Assembly: GCA_051530055.1 (NCBI GenBank) | Contig: CM121343.1 | Location: forward strand, 4,434,389-4,498,388 | Length of the DNA: 64,000 nt | Origin: Neoechinorhynchus agilis | Taxonomy: Eukaryota > Animalia > Acanthocephala | Reading direction: 5' to 3' | Translations under genes and position numbers: made by a program | Shown: positions 1-10,700 of the stretch, piece by piece | Layout: each line of letters starts with the position of its first letter | Position numbering within the stretch: the first letter of the stretch is position 1 | Notes under the pieces: generated by a model | Database searches by the model: none | The model's input: only the letters and a program-made list of their open reading frames with translations | What the model was told of the DNA's origin: nothing

Positions 1-288
1 ACAAGTACAGGACGAAATATTAAATCATAGAGGATTGTGGTCGCCTCTTCTTCAGTCATTGTAAAAATTAATCTAATCGACAATAAAATATCTTTTAATC
101 GGACAAGGGAAACGATTATCATCACCACAATTCAACATTAAATTTTCTTTTCGATTTCGCCTGCCTTAGCAAAACAATTTCAAACTCTGCTCCATTGTAA
201 TCGCATTTTGCTAACCGAAATATTCTTTTACTATGAGCAAAAAAATTCGTTTATATTTTTCGACAGCATTTGCACTGATAATCAAAAA

Positions 289-867
289 TTAGTTATTGAC
301 AGATAAAACGATGGAAATGCCAATGTTAAATCGCTCAGGATTGCGTCTCAAATCAACAAACACTGAATTCGGATCATCTGCGTCATCAGGTAGCCTACAA
401 AATAAAGCAGCGTTGTCGTTCTCAGTCCAATTCCGAACCGCTTCCACCGATTCAGCCAATTTCGTATCCACGTGACCGAGCGGATCATTAGACTCACATT
501 CGCTATGAGTATACTGATGTTTTGCTTCATCATAAGTACGAATCCCATCAGGAAGCTCGGCTACGTCGCATGGAAACACCGCACAACCACGGCCAACACA
601 ATAATCGGCGTCGTGCCAGAATTCACATTCTTTGTTCAATACGGTCTTGTAGTATTTAAAATATGGACGGTTCAATAAATCTTTCAATCGGTCATTCACT
701 TGGACGTGGAGGAGATCAATCATTTCAATTTTACAATTAGATCCGAGGACATCGTCTTTCAGTTCACTAAATACGGATGTATCCATCAATACTACATTTA
801 GGCACGAAAACAAAAGAAAAAATAAGATCGGACGTCCTTTAGCGTAAAATGTAGTGGCGTCTTCCAT
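289..867 (-). CDS. ERO1: ER oxidoreductin 1 (ERO1), 5' coding exon; the rest of the gene is not resolved and probably runs towards or past the window start
   Basis: N-terminal hydrophobic signal region followed by YFKYYKTVLNKECEFW..YCVGRGCAVFPC (ERO1 outer active-site CxxxxC context) and VFVDLRRNPERF (ERO1 'YVDLLLNPERY' motif). Recognised by eye. Confidence 0.85.
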   Translation of the reverse strand: MEDATTFYAKGRPILFFLLFSCLNVVLMDTSVFSELKDDVLGSNCKIEMIDLLHVQVNDRLKDLLNRPYFKYYKTVLNKECEFWHDADYCVGRGCAVFPCDVAELPDGIRTYDEAKHQYTHSECESNDPLGHVDTKLAESVEAVRNWTENDNAALFCRLPDDADDPNSVFVDLRRNPERFNIGISIVLSVNN

Positions 868-1777
868 TCGCTCTCTCCGTTAAACAATGTCTAAAACATC
901 ACGATTTTCAACAACAAAAGAAACAAAACTCGGGCGTGCGCACGGATGCGAATACCGTAAACGATGTCGAATTTCTTCCGGATTTCTAATATAGTTACGT
1001 AATTTACACGTGCGCGCGCCAATCTTTCAGCATTTTTAATTTCGACGTCATTTCTCTTCCGTGTCATCGGGCGTGTATTTGATACGGTCGCGATGTGTTA
1101 TAACCGAGTCCATACGTCACTGACAAATATTATGAATTCTTCCGTGTAAACGGTGTTGTGTGCATTGCTATATATACACACACGTGCGAGCGCTCGTACT
1201 GCCTCCGAAGACGCGCGCGCGCTCTCGCCTCTTGTGTTGTGCTCTTTCGTTTTGTTAATGTTGGTCGCTTTGGTATTCTTTGCTATTTTTGTTGTATTAT
1301 TGGATCATCATCATCGTCAAGGTGTTTAATTATACGGACATGTTTGGTAAACGTCGTCAAGGTGCAATTAACACGTCACGATTATTCGTTCTTCCGTGTT
1401 TTTAATTTTTTTATGCTTCAGGGAGCAACGCAATGTTCCCTTACAATAAATCGGCTCTTAATTGAACGCTTAATTACACGGTGTGAGATTAACAGTGGCA
1501 CCACGTGGATTATTTGAAAGACACCGCTCCAATAAATGCAAATGACGGATCGAATGCTTGTAGGCGGACGCACCCAGTCACGGGTTGCTTTTGTTTTCCA
1601 ATACATATTGTTGTTGAAAGTATATTATTTTTTTGTTATCGTTAGGCTGCCCAAGGCCTTATAATTGACTGTATCTTTAATCATGATACTATCGAGAGCG
1701 TGCCTTCCGTTGATTGATCAAAATTAATCCATAAGCTTCAGGGGGTAACTTGGATTTTTCTGATTTTTGTGTTTTAG
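868..1777. promoter_or_regulatory. Head-to-head (bidirectional) promoter region of ERO1 and RPB1, with a probable 33-nt 5'-UTR intron (1745-1777) ending immediately before the RPB1 ATG
   Basis: Divergent start codons at 867 and 1778. CpG-rich with GACGTCA (1044) and ACGTCA (1114). GTAACT...TTTTAG|ATG at 1745-1780. Confidence 0.55.
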
Positions 1778-4700
1778 ATGGCACTAGCTGACAAACGATT
1801 ATCTTGTACAAAGGGTGAGGTTATACGTATGCAGTTCGGGATTTTCGGTCCTGATGAGATAAGACGCTATTCCGTCACGCCTCAGGGTATTCGGTATGCC
1901 GAATTTTACGATAACGGTAGACCGAAGATTGATGGTCTTATGGATCCAAGGCAAGGTCCATGGGATCGCGACGCGAAATGCTTAACATGTTCCGGCAACA
2001 ACAACGATTGCCCCGGTCACTTTGGACACATTGACCTGGTACGCCCGGTTTTCCATGTTGGATTTCTCAAATACATCATAAAGATTCTTCGCTGTGTGTG
2101 TTACCACTGCTCGAGACTTCTCACTGACCCATCAGAACCTGAAGTTAAGCATTTACTTCGAATGACAAGAGGTAATCCTCGTGCTCGATTTGAGCAAATG
2201 TATAAATATTGTTCTCGGTTCACTGTGTGTGCAATCAGTGATGATCCTGAGGACATGGGTAAAGGAGGATGCGGTCGTCGGCAACCGAAATACCTAAGAA
2301 ACGGTCTAGAATTGTATTTGACAAGTCGTAAGAAAAACGACACTAATGAGGAATTCGCTCAGTTGGTTGAAATGGACGAAGCTGACATTAGCACTACTGA
2401 CGGCCGAATGCTACTCACTCAGGATCACGTCCGCCGCATCTTCGAATCTATAAGCGATGAAACGTGTAGAATGATTGGATTTGACCCGTCTTTCGGCCGA
2501 CCTGAGTGGATGATCTTGACTGTAATACCAGTTCCACCTCTTGCAGTCCGTCCCACTGTCTGTGTTCAAGGTTCATCTTTCAGTCAAGATGATTTGACGC
2601 ACAAACTTTACGACATTGTCGCCACAAACATCGAGCTATCGCGACTCGACAGCATTGGAGCTCCACAGCACGTAATTGATGAGAACCACAAAATGCTTCA
2701 GTACCACTGTGCCACTTTGGTCGACAATGAAATACCCGGAATTCCAACCGCAAAACATAAAAATGGCCGCCCCCTCAAGTCCGTTAAGATGAGACTCAAA
2801 GGAAAAGAAGGACGAATCCGTGGGAATTTAATGGGAAAACGAGTGGACTTTTCGGCGCGAACGGTTATAACACCGGATCCAAACATCGAAATTGACGAGG
2901 TCGGAATACCTCTCTCGGTTGCCATGAAGCTCACATTTCCCGAAAAAGTGACCACTGTAAACAGGGAAAGGTTGCAAACTACGATCGATCGTGGCTGCAA
3001 CGGCTATCCCGGTGCAAAATATATAATTCGTCGATCGACAAAAGTGCGTTGTGACCTTCAATATGCGAGTACTCGAAATGCAATTATCCTCAAGAATGGC
3101 GATATCGTTGAACGGCATCTCATTGACGGAGATTGGATAGTTTTCAACCGACAACCTTCACTACACAAAATGTCAATGATGGCACACAGGGTCCGGGTAA
3201 TGCCTTTCAGCACGTTCCGTCTCAATCTAAGCGTCACAACTCCATACAATGCGGATTTTGACGGCGATGAAATGAACCTTCACGTACCACAAACAGAAGC
3301 AGCGGTGGCTGAGTTGTCAGAGCTCATGAGTGTACCACGAATGATTGTCACTCCTCAAAGCAATCGCCCTGTAATGGGAATTGTGCAGGATACTTTAACT
3401 GCGGTCAGAAAACTGACCAAACGCGATACTCTAATGACTAGAGATGAATTCATGAATGCATTGTCGAAATTACCTTTTCCAGTTGCAGACATCCCACCGC
3501 CGTGTATTATAAAACCCAAAAGACTATGGTCCGGCAAACAGTTGTTCAGTATGCTCATCCCGGGCCGGGTGAATTGTATGCGCACTCACGCAACTCACCC
3601 CGATGACGAGGATCATGGTCCTTATAGATGGATTTCTCCTGGTGATACCCGAGTTCTAGTTGAAAATGGAAAATTATTGAGTGGAATACTGTGCAAGAAA
3701 ACTCTTGGAACCAGTGCGGGAAGTTTGATTCACGTTTTGTTCAATGAATTGGGCCACGAAATTACAGGCAAATTCTTTTACCATGTACAACTCGTCGTCA
3801 ACGAATGGCTGATGAGACACTCTCATAGTATTGGAGTAGCGGATACTATTGCTGATGGTGCCACCTACAAGATTATCCAAGAGCATATAAGAGCTTCAAA
3901 GGCTGAAGTAGACGCTGTTATCGAGAAAGCTCAAAACAATCAATTAGAGAGATTGCCTGGTAGTACTCTTAAACAAACTTTTGAAAGTACAGTCAACCGT
4001 CTTTTGAATCAAGGCCGTGACGTGACGGGAAGGAGCGCCCAATCTAGTTTGTCTGACCGAAATAACTTCAAAGCTATGGTCATCGCCGGCTCAAAGGGTT
4101 CTGATATAAATATATCGCAGGTAATTGCGTGTGTTGGTCAGCAGAACGTTGAAGGCCGTCGAATTCCTTTTGGCTTCAAGAGACGAACTCTACCTCATTT
4201 TATGAAGGACGACTACGGTCCAGAGTCGAAGGGATTCGTTGAGAATTCATATTTGCAAGGATTAACACCATCGGAGCTGTTTTTCCATGCTATGGGCGGT
4301 CGCGAAGGTCTAATCGACACTGCTGTGAAGACTGCCGAGACCGGATACATTCAGCGGCGTTTAATGAAAACCATGGAATCTATCAGTGTGACATACGATG
4401 GAACAGTAAGAAATCAAAGCAATCAGTTGGTGCAGGTATGTTATGGTGAAGATGGCGTTGACGGAGTCGCAGCTGAAATGCAATCGATTCCTGTCTTAAG
4501 CGTTAGTCAGTTCATGTTCGAACGTGGCTGGAGACTTAACTTCTATAAAAAAGAAGAACTACTTCGGCATTTGATGGAAGATATCGTCATGGATATTGTT
4601 GAAAATGAAAATGTTCAGTTCGCTATTAGTGAAGAATGGGCTCAACTATGTGAAGATCGAAAAATGCTGAGACTTATGTTCAACCAAACTGGCGGAAGAT

Positions 4701-7390
4701 TTGTACTTCCTGTTAATGTGGAGAGACTCATTTGGAACGCTCAAAAATTGTTTAAAGTTGACACCCGTAGGAAGGTGGACATTCATCCCGTCCATATTAT
4801 TGACAGTGTCAAAGGCTTATGTTTGAGATTGAAGGCAGTACCCGGAACAGATCTGATCAGTTCACAGGTTCAGGAGAATGCGACAGTTCTGATGGGAATG
4901 CTTCTTCGATGTTACCTTTGTACTAAGAAGGTAATCTTTTTCCACAAACTTTCAGTGGAAGCGTTCGATTGGGTTATTGAGGAGACTGAAAAGAGGTACA
5001 ACCGAGCTCTCGTACAACCTGGTGAAATGGTGGGAGCCTTGAGTGCTCAATCATTAGGTGAGCCTGCAACGCAAATGACGCTGAACACTTTTCATTACGC
5101 TGGAGTTAGTGCAAAGAACGTTACTCTTGGTGTTCCGAGACTTAAGGAAATAATCAACGTGAGTGAACATCCGAAAACGCCATCAATGACAGTCTTTCTT
5201 TACCCTGAAGTGGCCAACGATCCCGAAAAAACACGAGATGTACTCAACGCAATTGAACATTGCTCCCTTAAGGATATTGTCCGGCATTCCGCCATATACT
5301 ACGACCCTGATCTATTTCGAAGTGTCATCCAGGAAGATGCCGATTGGCAAGCGATCTACTATCATACGGTCGTACGTGATTTACCACCCATGTCAACTTG
5401 GGTGCTCCGTATGGAATTGGACGAGAAGTTAATGGAAAATTTTGGTCTAGATGCGGAATACGTAGGACAGCGGATAATCACGGCTTTTGGAGATGATCTG
5501 TTTGTTGAACTCAATACTGAATGCGAAAATGGAAGTGTAATTCGTGTTCGAATTGTAAACAAAAGGCCTATTACCGTCGAGGAAGCTATTGAGGAAGAAG
5601 AGAGTAATGATTCAGTACGAAAAATGTCCGATGAAATGTTCTTAAGGTGTCTCGAGGCGAATTTGATGAACGATCTGAGTTTAAAAGGGATTGTTAACGT
5701 AAAGAAAGTATACATGCAGAAGCCGAACACTGACGCTAAAAAGAGATTGATTATTAACGATAAGGGAGAACTTGAGTATCAAAGTGAATGGGTTCTTGAA
5801 ACGGACGGAAGCGCGCTTGGGGACGTTTTGACTGTAGAAGGCGTCGACCCGCGACGTACCTACACAAACGATATATGTGAAGTTTACACCACATTGGGAA
5901 TTGAAGCGGCTAGAAAGGCGATAGAAAGAGAAATTCACCAAGTTATATCTTTCGATGGATCCTATGTGAATCGTCGTCATCTTGCTCTAGTTTGTGACGT
6001 TATGGCACATCCTGGATTTCTTGTACCGATCACGAGACATGGTATTAGCAAACAAGACTTTGGTCCTTTGACAAGATGTACGTTTGAACAAAGTGCGGAT
6101 ATTTTGATCGAAGCTGGTGCGTTATGCCAAGGTGATAATTTAAAAGGAATATCTGAAAATATTATGCTTGGAAAGATGGCAAAGGCAGGCACTGGATCGT
6201 TTGATTGTTTTATGAATCACGAATTGCTATGGGAAGCCAAGGAGATGGTCGAACCCAAAGAATCCGCTGAGATTGATGAAGAAATTATGGTTACTACTGC
6301 TAAATCACGCAAAAGTTTTCTAGGCACTCCGCGTGCCTTGAGTAGTCAAACCCCTTTCAGTGAAGACGATCTGCATCTTGCATCTCCGTATGCATCACCC
6401 ATTCCGTTCAGTCCTGCTTTGACGGAACGAACTGCAAATAAACCAAGTCCAATGGGTGGTTATTTAACAATCACACCGGGACTCGGATCCACTATAACGC
6501 CTGGCTACGATTCAGTCTTCGGACCATTGGATTATGGATCCATGTACTCACCTGGGTTCGGTGGACTCGGTTCTGCATCATTTGCAGGAATATCAAACTA
6601 CATGCCATCGTCTCCAGCGAAATCGCCCGGTGATTATAGAGGTGCTCTTGGATTCAGCAGTAAGCGCGTCGTTTCGCCAGCAGCTTCTCCATTTAACAAA
6701 GGACCAGTATCGCCTTCATACTCACCATCTTCTCCATCGTATTCTCCAGGATCGCCATCAATGTCACCAACGAGGAACAAAGCGCATTCGAACTCACCGC
6801 AACCCTCCCCCCGGGGAATCTCACGATCCTTGACGGCCATTAGCCCAGGACTGTCTGTATCCATCACAGGACGAAAACGATGTGCAACAAGTATCGCATA
6901 TAGTCCGTCCAACCCTTCTTTAAAGACAAGCAGTTCAGTGTCTTTAGGAGGGTCTTCACCAAACTATTCACCGACCTCACCAAGATACTCACCATGCTCT
7001 CCAAAGTTTTCACCTAAAATAATGCGGACTAGTTCTAGCCCGTCCATTAAGTCCGCTGGATCTCCATCGACTCCTAATAGTCTCGCTAATGTCAATAAGT
7101 ATTCACCAAAAATGCCAAAAGCATCACCAGACTCTCCAAAGTATTCTCCGTCTTCTCCTTCGTACTTAGCTCCAAGCAGTCCAAAGAGCGTTGGACGAAA
7201 CGCAAAGGTACCGGGAACGCCTTCATCATCATCGTCCGCTGCCGCCGCCAGCGGCAAACTCAGCAAGTACAGAGCAAGCTCAGTCGTACCGTCACCAAAT
7301 ATCACCGGTCTGAAGCGAGGAGCCAGTAAAACCGACGTGGATGAACGTGAACTGTTTCAGGCTGCTCATCGGAAGAAACGGAGCGGATAG
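1778..7390 (+). CDS. POLR2A: DNA-directed RNA polymerase II largest subunit (RPB1), intronless CDS, 1870 aa
   Basis: Zn motif CLTC..CPGHFGH, catalytic YNADFDGDEMNLH, bridge helix GGREGLIDTAVKTAETGYIQRRL, trigger loop PATQMTLNTFHYAGVS, and a C-terminal SP-rich region with heptad-like units. Confidence 0.99.
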   Translation: MALADKRLSCTKGEVIRMQFGIFGPDEIRRYSVTPQGIRYAEFYDNGRPKIDGLMDPRQGPWDRDAKCLTCSGNNNDCPGHFGHIDLVRPVFHVGFLKYIIKILRCVCYHCSRLLTDPSEPEVKHLLRMTRGNPRARFEQMYKYCSRFTVCAISDDPEDMGKGGCGRRQPKYLRNGLELYLTSRKKNDTNEEFAQLVEMDEADISTTDGRMLLTQDHVRRIFESISDETCRMIGFDPSFGRPEWMILTVIPVPPLAVRPTVCVQGSSFSQDDLTHKLYDIVATNIELSRLDSIGAPQHVIDENHKMLQYHCATLVDNEIPGIPTAKHKNGRPLKSVKMRLKGKEGRIRGNLMGKRVDFSARTVITPDPNIEIDEVGIPLSVAMKLTFPEKVTTVNRERLQTTIDRGCNGYPGAKYIIRRSTKVRCDLQYASTRNAIILKNGDIVERHLIDGDWIVFNRQPSLHKMSMMAHRVRVMPFSTFRLNLSVTTPYNADFDGDEMNLHVPQTEAAVAELSELMSVPRMIVTPQSNRPVMGIVQDTLTAVRKLTKRDTLMTRDEFMNALSKLPFPVADIPPPCIIKPKRLWSGKQLFSMLIPGRVNCMRTHATHPDDEDHGPYRWISPGDTRVLVENGKLLSGILCKKTLGTSAGSLIHVLFNELGHEITGKFFYHVQLVVNEWLMRHSHSIGVADTIADGATYKIIQEHIRASKAEVDAVIEKAQNNQLERLPGSTLKQTFESTVNRLLNQGRDVTGRSAQSSLSDRNNFKAMVIAGSKGSDINISQVIACVGQQNVEGRRIPFGFKRRTLPHFMKDDYGPESKGFVENSYLQGLTPSELFFHAMGGREGLIDTAVKTAETGYIQRRLMKTMESISVTYDGTVRNQSNQLVQVCYGEDGVDGVAAEMQSIPVLSVSQFMFERGWRLNFYKKEELLRHLMEDIVMDIVENENVQFAISEEWAQLCEDRKMLRLMFNQTGGRFVLPVNVERLIWNAQKLFKVDTRRKVDIHPVHIIDSVKGLCLRLKAVPGTDLISSQVQENATVLMGMLLRCYLCTKKVIFFHKLSVEAFDWVIEETEKRYNRALVQPGEMVGALSAQSLGEPATQMTLNTFHYAGVSAKNVTLGVPRLKEIINVSEHPKTPSMTVFLYPEVANDPEKTRDVLNAIEHCSLKDIVRHSAIYYDPDLFRSVIQEDADWQAIYYHTVVRDLPPMSTWVLRMELDEKLMENFGLDAEYVGQRIITAFGDDLFVELNTECENGSVIRVRIVNKRPITVEEAIEEEESNDSVRKMSDEMFLRCLEANLMNDLSLKGIVNVKKVYMQKPNTDAKKRLIINDKGELEYQSEWVLETDGSALGDVLTVEGVDPRRTYTNDICEVYTTLGIEAARKAIEREIHQVISFDGSYVNRRHLALVCDVMAHPGFLVPITRHGISKQDFGPLTRCTFEQSADILIEAGALCQGDNLKGISENIMLGKMAKAGTGSFDCFMNHELLWEAKEMVEPKESAEIDEEIMVTTAKSRKSFLGTPRALSSQTPFSEDDLHLASPYASPIPFSPALTERTANKPSPMGGYLTITPGLGSTITPGYDSVFGPLDYGSMYSPGFGGLGSASFAGISNYMPSSPAKSPGDYRGALGFSSKRVVSPAASPFNKGPVSPSYSPSSPSYSPGSPSMSPTRNKAHSNSPQPSPRGISRSLTAISPGLSVSITGRKRCATSIAYSPSNPSLKTSSSVSLGGSSPNYSPTSPRYSPCSPKFSPKIMRTSSSPSIKSAGSPSTPNSLANVNKYSPKMPKASPDSPKYSPSSPSYLAPSSPKSVGRNAKVPGTPSSSSSAAAASGKLSKYRASSVVPSPNITGLKRGASKTDVDERELFQAAHRKKRSG

Positions 7391-7407
7391 ATGAGTTCAT
7401 GTTCGTT

Positions 7408-7490
7408 CCCCTCCCCCCTCCCACCCCAAAAAATTGAACGATTTATAGAATTGTCGAGCGTGTGGGCGAACGGGCGGGCGGGCGGGCGGG
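7408..7490. other. Two G-quadruplex-type motifs on opposite strands just downstream of the RPB1 stop
   Basis: C-tracts CCCC-T-CCCCCC-T-CCC-A-CCCC at about 7408-7427 and (GGGC)4GGG at 7472-7490; AATAAA at 7520. Confidence 0.55.
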
Positions 7491-7778
7491 TAGCCGACAA
7501 CGTGGGAGTGGAGGATGAAAATAAAAACATTTTGTACCTATAAAGATCAATTCGTAAAAAGGGTGGATGATGACTTTTAAATCTCAAAAATTGTATCGAT
7601 TTAATTCATTCACAATATATCGGAACTTACATGTTTATTTAAGGGAAAATCAAGGTCAGAATACGAGTTGTTCAAAATCAAACTACTAACTAGCATTCCA
7701 ACTAGCATGCAGCTTACTCAAATCTTTTAAATACACGATTGCTGTCACTGAATTCAGGTACCGAATGATCGGCATCAG

Positions 7779-10700
7779 CGCAAAATCAGATGGCTCTGTA
7801 CCTTCATTCTTGATGTGCGCAATATCAATAACGATTGACTATTTTCTTAGTAGTCACTTAATTTACGTGCAAATTAATTTTGATTGGCTAACGAAAGAAT
7901 GAACTCGATAAATAAAGAAAAGGTCAAAATTTTGCCCTTTTAAAATTTGAAATTGAACTTAAAGTGCAAAATCCGATGGCTCTATACCTTCATTCTTGAT
8001 GCGCGCAATATCAATAACGATTGACTATTTTCTTAGTAGTCACTAAATTTACGTTCAAATTAATTTTGATTGGCTAACGAAAAAATGAACTTTAAAAATA
8101 AAGAAAAGGTCAAAATTTTGCCCTTTTAAAATTTTAAAATTGAACTCAAAGTGCGAAATCAGATGGCTCTGAGCCTTCATTCCTGATGCGCGCAATATCA
8201 ATAACGATTGACTATTTTCTTAGTAGTCACTTAATTTACGTTCAAATTAATTTTGATTGGCTAACGAAAAAATGAACTTGATAAATAAAGAAAAGGTCCA
8301 AATTCTGCCCTTCTAAAATTTTAAATTGAACTTAAAGGGCAAAATCAAATGGCTCTATACCTTCATTCTTGATGCGCGCAATATCAATAACGATTGACTA
8401 TTTTCTTAGTAGTCACTAAATTTACGTTCAAATTAATTTTGATTGGCTAACGAAAAAATGAACTTTATAAATAAAGAAAAGGTCAAAATTTTGCCCTTTT
8501 AAAATTTGAAATCGAACTTTAAGGGCAAAATCAGATGGCTCTATACCTTCATTCTTGATGTGCGCAATATCAATAACGATTGACTATTTTTTTAGTAGTC
8601 ACTTAATTTACGTGCAAATTAATTTTGATTGGCTAACGAAAGAATGAACTTGATAAATAAAGAGGTCAAAATTTTGCCCTTTTAAAATTTGAAATTGAAC
8701 TTAAAGGGCAAAATCAGATGGCTCTATACCTTCATTCTTGATGCGCGCAATATCAATAACGATTGACTATTTTCTTAGTAGTCACTAAATTTACGTTCAA
8801 ATTAATTTTGATTGGCTAACGAAAAAATGAACTTTAAAAATAAAGAAAAGGTCAAAATTTTGCCCTTTTAAAATTTTAAAATTGAACTCAAAGTGCGAAA
8901 TCAGATGGCTCTGAGCCTTCATTCCTGATGCGCGCAATATCAATAACGATTGACTATTTTCTTAGTAGTCACTTAATTTACGTTCAAATTAATTTTGATT
9001 GGCTAACGAAAAAATGAACTTGATAAATAAAGAAAGGTCAAAATTTTGCCCTTTTAAAATTTTAAATTGAACTTAAAGGGCAAAATCAGATGGCTCTATA
9101 CCTTCATTCTTGATGCGCGCAATATCAATAACGATTGACTATTTTCTTAGTAGTCACTTAATTTACGTGCAAATTAATTTTGATTGGCTAACGAAAAAAT
9201 GAACTTGATAAATAAAGGAAAGGTCAAAATTTTGACCTTTTAAAATTTTAAATTGAACTTAAAGCGCAAAATCAGATGGCTCTGATCATTCATTCTTGAA
9301 GCGCGCAATATCAATAACGATTGACTATTTTCTTAGTAGTCACTTAATTTACGTGCAAATTAATTTTGATTGGCTCACGAAAAAATGAACTCGATAAATA
9401 AAGAAAAGGTCAAAATTTTGCCCTTTTAAAATTTGAAATTGAACTTAAAGGGCAAAATCAGATGGCTCTATACCTTCATTCTTGATGCGCGCAATATCAA
9501 TAACGATTGACTATTTTCTTAGTAGTCACTTAATTTACGTGCAAATTAATTTTGATTGGCTAACGAAAAAATGAACTTGATAAATAAAGGAAAGGTCAAA
9601 ATTTTGACCTTTTAAAATTTTAAATTGAACTTAAAGCGCAAAATCAGATGGCTCTGATCATTCATTCTTGAAGCGCGCAATATCAATAACGATTGACTAT
9701 TTTCTTAGTAGTCACTTAATTTACGTTCAAATTAATTTTGATTAGCTAACGAAAGAATGAACTCGATAAATAAAGGTCAAAATTTTGCCCTTTTAAAATT
9801 TGAAATTAAACTTAAAGGGCAAAATCAGATGGCTCTATACCTTCATTCTTGATGCGCGCAATATCAATAACGATTGACTATTTTCTTAGTAGTCACTTAA
9901 TTTACGTGCAAATTAATTTTGATTGGCTAACGAAAAAATGAACTTTATAAATAAAGAGGTCAAAATTTTGCACTTTTAAAATTTTTAATTGAACTTAAAG
10001 CGCAAAATCAGATGGCTCTGTACCTTCATTCTTGATGCGCGCAATATCAATAACGATTGACTATTTTCTTAGTAGTCACTTAATTTACGTGCAAATTAAT
10101 TTTGATTGGCTAACGAAAAAATGAACTCGATAAATAAAGAAAAGGTCAAAATTTTGCCGTTCTAAAATTTTAAATTGAACTTAAAGCGCAAAATCAGATG
10201 GCTCTATACCTTCATTCTTGATGCGCGCAATATCAATAACGATTGACTATTTTCTTAGTAGTCACTTAATTTACGTGCAAATTAATTTTGATTGGCTAAC
10301 GAAAAAATGAACTTGATAAATAAAGAGGTCAAAATTTTGCCCTTTTAAAATTTGAAATTGAACTTAAAGCGCAAAATCAGATGGCTCTGATCATTCATTC
10401 TTGAAGCGCGCAATATCAATAACGATTGACTATTTTCTTAGTAGTCACTTAATTTACGTGCAAATTAATTTTGATTGGCTAACGAAAAAATGAACTCGAT
10501 AAATAAAGAAAAGGTCAAAATTTTGCCCTTTTAAAATTTGAAATTGAACTTAAAGGGCAAAATCAGATGGCTCTATACCTTCATTCTTGATGCGCGCAAT
10601 ATCAATAACGATTGACTATTTTCTTAGTAGTCACTTAATTTACGTGCAAATTAATTTTGATTGGCTAACGAAAAAATGAACTTTATAAATAAAGAAAAGG

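Noticed and set aside
2101-7587. Antisense and alternative-frame ORFs over RPB1 (and similarly over CK1a, NCAPH and CREBRF)
   Set aside because: Short shadows of long coding sequences with no recognisable motifs.
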